This document shows positions 28,401 to 37,600 of a stretch of 64,000 nt of DNA, piece by piece. Both the position numbers and the translations under genes were made by a program. Below the pieces are notes generated by a model. That model ran no database searches, was not told the DNA's origin, and was given only the letters and a program-made list of their open reading frames with translations. This DNA is from Antedon mediterranea (taxonomy: Eukaryota > Animalia > Echinodermata). Every line of letters starts with the position of its first letter. Position 1 is the stretch's first letter. The stretch spans positions 16,430,001 to 16,494,000 of the forward strand of contig NC_092672.1 in assembly GCF_964355755.1 (NCBI RefSeq), read 5' to 3'.

Positions 28401-29122
28401 GCGAGAGAGAGATAGATAGATCAGCGAGAGAGATAGATAGATCAGCGAGAGAGAGATAGATAGATCAGCGAGAGAGAGATAGATAGATCAGCGAGAGAGA
28501 GATAGATCAGCGAGAGATAGATAGATCAGCCAGAGAGAGATAGATCAGCGAGAGAGGGATAGATCAGCGAGAGAGATAGATCAGCGAGAGAGAGATAGAT
28601 CAGCAAGAGAGAGATATATCAGCGAGAGAGAGAGATAGATCAGCGAGAGAGATAGATCAGCGAGAGAGAGATAGATAGATCAGCGAGAGAGAGATAGATC
28701 AGCGAGAGATAGATAGATCAGCGAGAGAGAGATATATAAATCAGCGAGAGAGAGATAGATAGATCAGCGAGAGAGAGATAGATAGATCAGCGAGAGAGAG
28801 ATAGATAGATCAGCGAGAGAGAGAGAGAGATAGATCAGTGAGAGAGAGAGATAGATCAGCGAGAGAGAAAGATCAGCGAGAAAGAGATAGATCAGCGAGA
28901 GAGAGATAGATCAGCGAGAGAGAGATAGATCAGCGAGAGAGAGATAGATCAGCGAGAGAGAGAGATAGATCAGCGAGAGAGAGATAGATCAGCGAGAGAG
29001 AGATAGATTAGCGAGAGAGAGATAGATCAGCGAGAGAGAGAGATAGATCAGCGAGAGAGAGATAGATCAGCGAGAGAGAGATAGATCAGCGAGAGAGAGA
29101 GAGATAGATCAGCGAGAGAGAG
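1..29122 (+). repeat. Compound GA/GATA minisatellite array (left arm), consensus GATCAGCGAGAGAGAGATA, 19 bp
   Basis: Uninterrupted tandem units of the form GATCAGC(GA)n(TAGA)mTA. Length variants differ in steps of 2 or 4 bp. The array runs off the left edge and ends abruptly at ...gatcagcgagagagag|taaatttt (29122/29123). Confidence 0.98.
15880..24230 (+). repeat. ~4179-bp tandem higher-order duplication within the left array (boundaries approximate)
   Basis: gcgatagatcagagaaag at 16610/20789, agcgaggaag at 18961/23140 and cagctataga at 19615/23792. Confidence 0.85.
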
Positions 29123-30370
29123 TAAATTTTCGCCATTTTTCGAAAATAAATCTTATGGTCCCCAGCAGGAAAATTTTTCGAAAAATGGCTGAATTTCGAC
29201 TCTTTTATTTTTTGACATAACTAGTTACTATGGCTCTATACGATGATGTATATATTTGCATAAATGGCAATATTATAGCATAATTATAGAATTTTAAAAA
29301 TTGGAAATTTTGGCCCTTTTACAAAAAAATTGCTATAGTCCCCCAGAGGAAAATTTTCAAAAATTTGCAAAATTTTGACCCTTTTATTTTTTGACATAAC
29401 TAGTTACGATGGCTCTATAAGATGATGTTAACACAATATATGTCCATAAATGGCAAAATTTTAGCATAATTATTTAATTTTAAAAAGTGTAAAATTTTTG
29501 CCATTTTCGACCCTTTTATATTTTGACATAAGTAGTTGCTATGGCTCTATAAGATGATGTCAGCACAATATATGTGCATAAATGGCAATATTATAGCATA
29601 ATTTTTGAAATTTAAAATGTGGAAATTTTATTCATTTTTCGAAAAAATTCCTAAAAATTTAACCCTTTTATTTTTTGACATAACTAGTTACTATGGCTCT
29701 ATAAGATGATGTTAGCACAATATATTTGCAAAAATGGCAATATTATAGCATAATTATTGAATTTTATAAAGTGGGAATTTTGGCCATTTTTCGACCCTTT
29801 TATTTTTTTGACATAACTAGCTGCTATGTCTCCATAAGATGATGTTAACAAAATATATTTGCATAAATGCCAATATTATAGCATAATTATTGAATTTTAA
29901 AAAGTGGAAATTTTTGCCATTTTTCGAAAAAATTTCTAAGGTCCCCAGCAGGGAAATTTTCGAAAAATTGCCAAATTTTGATCCTTTTATTTTTTGACAT
30001 AACTAGTTACTATAGCTCTATAAGATGATTTTAGCACAATATAATTATTTGCATAAATGGCAATATTATAGCATAATTTTGGTATTTTAAACAATGGAAA
30101 TTTTGACCATTTTTCGAAAAAAAATCCTATGGTTCCCCGCAGGGAAATTTTCGCAAAAATGGCCAAATTTCGACCCTTTTATTTCTTGACATAACTAGTT
30201 ACTATGGCTCTATAAGATGATGTTGAAACAATATATGCGCATAAATGGCAATATTATAGCCTAATTATAGAATTTTGAAAATAGGATTTTTTTGCCATTT
30301 TTCGAAAAAATTCCTATGGTCCCCCGCAGGAAAATTTTCGCAAAAATGGCCAAACTTCAAACCTTTTATT

Positions 30371-30557
30371 AGTCGCGTGGACGCGACTCTACAGTTCACT
30401 ATGTCGGTCGGTCTGTCTGTCGGTCCGGTATCACTTTGCGTTTTATCGTTTTTCTGTACTTTTGAACTGTTTTAATGTACAGAAAAGTTTTAAAGTACAT
30501 TACTTTTTGAAAGTTCATTTATTTCTGAGAGCACGCAACTTATTGTTGTTGGCCTTG
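30371..30557 (+). mobile_element. Non-autonomous Helentron-associated element (HINE/DINE-1-like), 187 bp
   Basis: The 5' end is a palindrome, AGTCGCGT-GG-ACGCGACT (30371-30388). A GTCG/GTCT/GTCC tetranucleotide tract follows (~30403-30427). A 3' subterminal inverted copy GCACGCAACT lies at 30531-30540, and the element ends GGCCTTG. It sits in the satellite T-run (ccttttatt|...|ttttttgacataa) with no distinct TSD. The 3' hairpin is degenerate. Confidence 0.8.
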
Positions 30558-30690
30558 TTTTTTGACATAACGAGTTACTATGGCTGTATAAGATGATGTT
30601 AACACAATATATGTGCATAAATGACAATATTATAGTCTAATTATTGGATTTTAAAAGGTGGAAATTTTCGGAAAATGGCCAAATTTCGAC

Positions 30691-31440
30691 CCTTTTATTT
30701 GATGACATAACTAGTTACTATGGCTCTATAAGATGATGTTAGCAAAATATATCTGTATAAATGGCAATATTATAGCCTAATTATTTAATTTTAAAAGGTG
30801 GAAATTTTGTTTATTTTTTGTTTGTTTTTCAAAAAACTTCCTATGATCCCCGCAGGAAAATTTTCGAAAAATTGCAAAATTTCGACCCTTTTATTTTTTT
30901 TTTACTATGGCTCTATAAGATGATGTTAGCACAATATATTTGCATAAATGGCAATATTATAGCATAATTTTCGAATTTTAGAAATTGGAAATTTAGTTCA
31001 TTTTCGAAAAAATTCTTATGGTCCCCCGCAGGAAAATTTTCGAAAAATTGTCAAATTTCAACCCTTTAATTTGATGACATAACTAGTTTCTATGGCTCTA
31101 TAAGATGATGTTAGCAAAATATATCTGTATAAATGGCAATATTATAGCCTAATTATTTAATTTTAAAAGGTGGAAATTTTGTTTATTTTTTGTTTGTTTT
31201 TCAAAAAACTTCCTATGATCCCCGCAGGAAAATTTTCGAAAAATTGCAAAATTTCGACCCTTTTATTTTTTTTTTACTATGGCTCTATAAGATGATGTTA
31301 GCACAATATATTTGCATAAATGGCAATATTATAGCATAATTTTCGAATTTTAGAAATTGGAAATTTAGTTCATTTTCGAAAAAATTCTTATGGTCCCCAG
31401 CAGGAAAATTTTCCAAAAATTTGTCAAATTTCAACCCTTT
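30691..31440 (+). repeat. Tandem 372-bp dimeric higher-order repeat of the 186-bp satellite
   Basis: The diagnostic ttttttgtttgtttttcaaaaaacttcctatgatccccgcagg has its CTATGATC at 30841 and 31213 (offset 372). Both copies share loss of GACATAACTAG. A third copy lies at 32653. Confidence 0.9.
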
Positions 31441-33272
31441 TAATTTTTGATATAATTCGTTACTATGACTCTATAAGATGATGTTAGCAAAATATATCTG
31501 TATAAATGGAAATATTATAGCATATTTATTTTATTTTAAAAAGTGGAAAATGGTGCCATTTTTCGACCCTTTTATTTTTTTGACATAACTAGTTGCTATG
31601 TCTCTATAAGATGATGTTATCACAATATATTTGGATAAATGGCAATATTATAGCATAATTTTCGAATTTTAGAAATTGGAAATTTTGTCCATTTTTCAAA
31701 AAAAATACTATGGTCCCCGCAGGAAAATTATCGAAAAATGGCCAACTTTCAACCCTTTTATTTTTTGACATAATTCGTTACTATGGCTCTATAAGATGAT
31801 GTTAGCACAATATATTTGTATAAATTACAATATTATAGCATAATTTTCTAATTGTAGAAATTGGAAATTTTGTCAATTTTTCGAAAAAATCTCTATGGTC
31901 CCCCGCAGGGAAATTTTCGCAAAAATGGCCAAATTTCGACCCTTTTATTTTTTGACATAACTCGTTACTATGTTTCTATAAGTTGATGTTAACACAATAT
32001 ATGTGCATAAATGGCAATATTATAGCCTAATTATTGAATTTTAAAAGGTGGAAATTTTGGTTATTGTTTTGAAAAAATTCCTGTGGTCCCCCGCAGGAAA
32101 ATTTTCGAAAAATGGCCAAATGTCGATCCCTTCATTTTTTGACATGATAACTAGTTACTATGGCTCTATAAGATGATGTTTGCACAATATATTTGCATAA
32201 ATGGCAATATTATAGCATAATTTTTGAATTTTAAAAAGTGGAAATTTTGTCCATTTTTCGACAAAAATTCCTATGGTCCCCCACAGGGAAATTTTCGGAA
32301 AATGGCCAAATTTCGACCCTTTTATTTGATGACATAACTAGTTACTATGGCTCTATAAGATGATGTTAGGAAAATATATGTGCATAAATGGCAATATTAT
32401 AGCCTAATTATTGAAGTTTAAAGGTGGAAATTTTGGTTATTTTTCAAAAAAATTCCTGTGGTCCCCTGTAGGAATATTTTTGGAAAATGGCCAAATTTCG
32501 ACCCTTTTATTTGATGACATAACTAGTTACTATGGCTCTATAAGAGGATGTTAGCAAAATTTATCTGTATAAATGGCAATATTATAGCCTAATTATTTAA
32601 TTTTAAAAGGTGGAAATTTTGTTTATTTTTTGTTTGTTTTTCAAAAAACTTCCTATGATCCCCGCAGGAAAATTTTCGAAAAATTGCAAAATTTCGACCC
32701 TTTTATTTTTTTTACTATGGCTCTATAAGATGATGTTAGCACAATATATTTGCATAAATGGCAATATTATAGCATAATTTTCGAATTTTAGAAATTGGAA
32801 ATTTAGTTCATTTTCGAAAAAAATCTTATGGTCCCCGCCGGAAAATTTTCGAAAAATTGTCAAATTTCAACCCTTTTAATTTTTGATATAATTCGTTACT
32901 ATGACTCTATAAGATGATGTTAGCAAAATATATCTGGATATTTTTTTGACATAACTAGTTGCTATGTCTCTATAAGATGATGTTATCACAATATATTTGG
33001 ATAAATGACAATATTATAGCATAATTTTCGGATTTTAAAAAGTGGACATTTTTGCCATTTTTCAAAAAAATTCCTATGGTCCCCCTCAAAATTTTTTTCG
33101 AAAAATGGCCAAATTTTGACCCTTTTATTTTTTGACATAACTAGTAACTATGGCTCTATCAGATGATGTTAACACAATATGCATAAATGGCAATATTATA
33201 GCATAATTTTCGAATTTTAGAAATTGAAAATTTTGGCCATTTTTCGAAAAAATTCCTATGGTCCCCCAGAGG

Positions 33273-33367
33273 CGATTTTTTTTTCGTACATAAGTTGGGG
33301 ACCCCCTCATGAAACGTCACAAAAAAACATGAATAATTCATCAGTTAAATTTTCTTGTTCCGCCGTG
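33273..33367 (+). other. Unique ~95-bp non-satellite segment, possibly the terminus of a TIR transposon (ends ...GTTCCGCCGTG)
   Basis: The satellite monomer diverges after ggtcccccagagg into sequence seen nowhere else in the window. It contains GGGGACCCC and ATGAATAATTCAT palindromes. The reverse complement begins CACGGCGGAACAAGAAAATTT. Confidence 0.4.
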
Positions 33368-33661
33368 TGCACCCAAGCGTATAGTTACAAGAAGTGATTA
33401 CACAAGTGCGGTACGATTCTAGGCCTATCTCCGCTGTTGTTGCGGCGTGCGATTTCATAGAAGAATAGCGGCGTTTTGTGTGGATTGTCGAAATAATCAG
33501 CCTTTAGTTTATGGTGTTTTTAATATAATTTATTACTAAAGAATTACGTGTTAAAATTATAGTTTCTATTAATACTATTAGGCCTAATTATTAGTCTCTA
33601 AACCCATGTCTATTCTAGTAGTAGCTGTGTGGGTGTGTGTGACGTGTGTGTTAGGTATGAC

Positions 33662-33684
33662 CAAAGATAGTTACACTATCTTTA
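33662..33684. mobile_element. 23-bp palindromic micro-insertion or transposon footprint with 7-bp TSD
   Basis: The arrangement is GTATGAC (33655-33661), C-AAAGATAGT-tac-ACTATCTTT-A, GTATGAC (33685-33691): a perfect 9-bp stem between perfect 7-bp direct repeats. Confidence 0.65.
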
Positions 33685-33710
33685 GTATGACACAATCCGA
33701 GTAATAAGTC

Positions 33711-33911
33711 AGCAAAATTAAACAATAAACATTACCCAAAAATACATTTTTTATTCTCGTGGGTCAAATCTTCCCATCTCATGTGTTCATATACGCGCAT
33801 TTTTAAAGTTCCTTTGAGTACATGCATTATTGTTTGATAATAAAATAGCAGAATTAAAAAAAATACAGTACACAAATTATACACATTCTTTATTCTTGTG
33901 GGTCTAAGCTT
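33711..33911 (+). repeat. Diverged internal direct repeat (~62 bp x2, ~137 bp apart) inside the MITE
   Basis: agcaaaattaaacaata...acattttttattctcgtgggtcaaatctt (33711-33772) resembles agcagaattaaaaaaaata...acattctttattcttgtgggtctaagctt (33847-33911). Confidence 0.65.
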
Positions 33912-34674
33912 TCTTTAGGCTATGTCCAATGAATTACTAGCTGTCGATTAGCCTCGACTCGACACATTTTGTGTGAAGAAGAGTGCGCGAAGGCAATCAC
34001 GTGAATTGACTTTCCTAGGCCTACTGTAGAAAGTATCGTATCGCAGTTGTGTAATCACTTCTTGTTGCTATACGCTTGGGTGCAAAAACGGCAAAATTTC
34101 AAACCTTTTATTTTTGACATAACTAGTTACTATGGCTCTATAAGATGATGTTAACACAACATATGTCAATAAATGGCAATATTATAGTCTAATTATTGAA
34201 TTTTGAAAGGTGGAAATTTTGGTCATTTTTCGAAAAAAAATTACTATGGTCCCCCGCAGGAAATTTTTTCGAAAAATTTTCAAATTTCGACCCATTTATT
34301 TTTTGACATAACTAGTTACTATGGCTCTATAAGATCATGTTAGCACAATATATTTGCATAAATGGCAATATTATAGCATAATTTTCGAATTTTAAAAAGT
34401 GGAAATTTTGGTTATTTTTCGAAAAAATTCCTAGGGAAATTGTCGGAAAATGGCCAAATTTCGACACTTTTATTTTTTGACATAACTAGTTACTATGGCT
34501 CTATAAGATGATGTTAACAAAATATATGTGCATAAATGGATATATTATAGCCTAATTATTGAATGTTAAATGGTAGACATTTCGGTTATTTTTCGAAAAA
34601 ATTCCTGTCGTCCCTGAAGGGAAATTTTCGGAAATGGCAAAATTTCGACCCTTTTATTTTTGACATAACTAGTT

Positions 34675-37600
34675 ATAGATCAGCGAGAGAGAGAGATAGA
34701 TCAGCGAGAGAGAGATAGATCAGCGAGAGAGAGAGATAGATCAGCGAGAGAGATAGATCAGCGAGAGAGAGATAGATCAGCGAGAGAGAGATAGATCAGC
34801 GAGAGAGAGATAGATCAGCGAGAGAGAGATAGATCAGTGAGAGAGAGATAGATCAGCGAGAGAGAGATAGATCAGCGAGAGAGATAGATCAGCGAGAGAG
34901 AGATAGATCAGCGAGAGAGAGATAGATCAGCGAGAGAGAGATAGATCAGCGAGAGAGATAGATCAACGAGAGAGAGAGATAGATCAGCAAGAGAGAGATA
35001 GATCAGCGAGAGAGAGATATATCAGCGAGAGAGAGATAGATCAGCTAGAGAGAGATAGATCAGCGAGAGAGAGATAGATCAGCGAGAGAGAGAGATAGAT
35101 CAGCGAGAGAGAGATAGATCAGCGAGAGAGAGAGAGATAGATCAGCGAGAGAGAGATAGATCAGCGAGAGAGAGATAGATCAGCGAGAGAGATAGATCAG
35201 CGAGAGAGAGATAGATCAGCGAGAGAGAGATAGATCAGCGAGAGAGAGATAGATCAGCGAGAGAGAGATAGATTAGCGAGAGAGAGATAGATCAGCGAGA
35301 GAGAGAGATAGATCAGCGAGAGAGAGAGATAGATCAGCGAGAGAGAGAGAGATAGATCAGCGAGAGAGAGATAGATAGATCAGCGAGAGAGAGATAGATC
35401 AGCGAGAGAGAGATAGATCAGTGAGAGAGAGATAGATAGATAAGCAAGAGAGAGAGAGATAGATCAGCGAGAGAGAGATAGATCAGCGAGAGAGAGAGAG
35501 ATAGATCAGAGAGAGAGAGAGAGATAGATCAGTGAGAGAGAGATAGATCAGCGAGAGAGAGAGATAGATCAGCGAGAGAGAAATAGATCAGCGAGAGAGA
35601 GATAGATCAGCGAGAGAGAGATAGATCAGCGAGAGAAAGATAGATCAGCGAGAGAGAGATAGATCAGCGAGAGAGAGATAGATCAGCGAGAGAGAGAGAT
35701 AGATCAGCGAGAGAGAGATAGATCAGCGAGAGAGAGATAGATCAGCGAGAGAGAGATAGATCAGTAGGAGAGAGATAGATAGATCAGCGAGAGAGAGAGA
35801 GATAGATCAACGTGAGAGATAGATAGATCAGCGAGAGAGAGAGAGGTAGATCAGCGAGAGAGAGATAGATCAGCGAGAGAGAGATAGATCAGCGAGTGAG
35901 AGATAGATCAGCGAGAGAGAGAGAGATAGATCAGCGAGAGAGAGAGAGATAGATCAGCGAGAGAGAGATAGATCAACGATAGAGAGATAGATAGATCAGC
36001 GAGAGAGATAGATCAGCGAGAGAGAGATAGATCAGCGAGAAAGAGAGAGAGATAGATCAGCGAGAGAGAGATAGATCAGCGAGAGAGAGATAGATCAGCG
36101 AGAGAGAGAGAGAGATAGATCAGCGAGAGAGAGATAGATCAGTGAGAGAGAGATAGATCAGCGAGAGAGAGATAGATCAGCGAGAGAGAGATAGATCAGC
36201 GAGAGAGAAAGATCAGCGAGAGAGAGATAGATCAGCGAGAGAGAGATAGATCAGCGAGAGAGAGAGAGATAGATCAGCGAGAGATAGATAGATCAGCGAG
36301 AGAGAGATAGATAGATCAGCGAGAGAGAGATAGATAGATCAGCGAGAGAGAGAGATAGATAGGTCAGCGAGAGAGATAGATAGATCAGCGAGAGATAGAT
36401 AGATCAGCGACAGAGAGATAGATAGATCAGCGAGAGAGATAGATCAGCGAGAGAGAGATATATAGATAGATCAGCGAGAGAGAAATAGATAGAGATTGAG
36501 AGATCAGTGAGAGAGAGATAGATCAGCGAGAGAGAGATAGATCAGCGAGAAAGATAGATCAGCGAGAGAGAGATAGATCAGCGAGAGAGAGATAGATCAG
36601 CGAGAGAGAGATAGATCAGCGAGAGAGAGAGATAGATCAGCGAGAGAGAGAGATAGATCAGCGAGAGAGAGATAGATCAGCGAGAGAGAGATAGATCAGC
36701 AAGAGAGAGATAGATAAGCGAGAGAGAGATAGATCAGCGAGAGAGAGATAGATCAGCGAGAGAGAGAAATAGATCAGCGAGAGAGAGATAGATAGATCAG
36801 CGAGAGAGAGAGATAGATCAGCGAGAGAGAGATAGATCAGTGAGAGAGAGAAAGATAGATCAGCGAGAGAGAGAGAGATAGATCAGCGAGAGAGATAGAT
36901 CAGCGAGAGAGAGATAGATCAGCGAGAGAGAGATAGATCAGCTAGAGAGAGATAGATGAGCGAGAGAGAGATAGATAGATCAGCGAGAGATAGATAGATC
37001 AGCGAGAGATAGATAGATCAGCGAGAGAGAGATAGATGAGCGAGAAAGAGATAGATAGATTAGCGAGAGATAGATAGATCAGCGAGAGATAGATAGATCA
37101 GCAAAAGAGAGATAGATAGATCAGCGAGAGAAAGATAGATCAGCGAGAGAGAGATATATAGATCAGCGAGAGAAAGATAGATCAGCGAGAGAGAGATAGA
37201 TAGATCAGCGAGAGAGAGAGAGAGATAGATAGATCAGCGAGTGAGAGGTAGATAGATCAGCGAGAGAGAGATAGATAGATCAGCGAGAGAGAAAGATAGA
37301 TCAGCAAGAGATAGATAGATCAGCGAGAAAGAGATAGATCAACGAGAGAGAGATAGATCAGCGAGAGATAGATAGATCAGCGAGAGAGAGTTAGATCAGC
37401 GAGAGAGAGATAGATCAGCGAGAGAGAGATAGATAGATCAGCGAGAGAGAGATAGATAGATCAGCGAGAGAGAGATAGATAGATCAGCGAGAGAGAGATA
37501 GATAGATCAGCGAGAGAGAGATAGATAGATCAGCGAGAGAGATAGATCAGCGAGAGAGAGATAGATAGATCAGCGAGAGAGATAGATCAGCGACAGAGAG

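Larger units (their letters stand above)
33372..34080. mobile_element. MITE / non-autonomous TIR DNA transposon, ~709 bp, CCC...GGG termini flanked by TGCA on both sides
   Basis: 33368-33417 (tgcacccaagcgtatagttacaagaagtgattacacaagtgcggtacgat) matches the reverse complement of 34035-34084 at 46 of 50 positions. The palindromic TGCA at 33368-33371 and 34081-34084 could be a 4-bp TSD or part of the TIR. The interior is non-coding. Confidence 0.85.
29123..34674 (+). repeat. AT-rich ~186-bp satellite array (about 26 monomers, some shortened to 132-152 bp), interrupted by insertions
   Basis: The motif TGACATAACTAGTTACTATGGCTCTATAAGATGATGTTAGCACAATATATTTGCATAAATGGCAATATTATAGC recurs about 26 times. 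CTAGTT-equivalent positions 29221, 29400, 29532, 29684, 29817, 30003 and 30195 give spacings of 179, 132, 152, 133, 186 and 192 bp. Confidence 0.97.

Noticed and set aside
1-29122. CRISPR-like array (constant anchor plus variable spacer)
   Set aside because: The variable parts are only GA/GATA length variants rather than unique spacers. There are no cas genes or leader, and the context looks eukaryotic.
30275-30475. 66-aa plus-strand ORF
   Set aside because: It starts at TTG, reads through a satellite monomer into the HINE insertion, and has no recognisable domain.
33125-33341. Two overlapping ~60-aa minus-strand ORFs
   Set aside because: These are chance ORFs across satellite sequence. Equivalent frames are broken by indels in neighbouring monomers.
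33361-33480. tRNA/SINE head or other structured RNA in the GC-richer part of the island
   Set aside because: No convincing A/B boxes or cloverleaf. The region is explained by the MITE TIR.
33626-33651. Short (GT)n-like tract
   Set aside because: It is short and interrupted, ordinary low-complexity sequence within the MITE.
29123-34674. Whole island as a canonical Helitron (CTAG near the 3' end at 34669-34672)
   Set aside because: CTAG is part of every monomer. There is no 5' TC, no A|T insertion site and no GC-rich subterminal hairpin at the expected distance.
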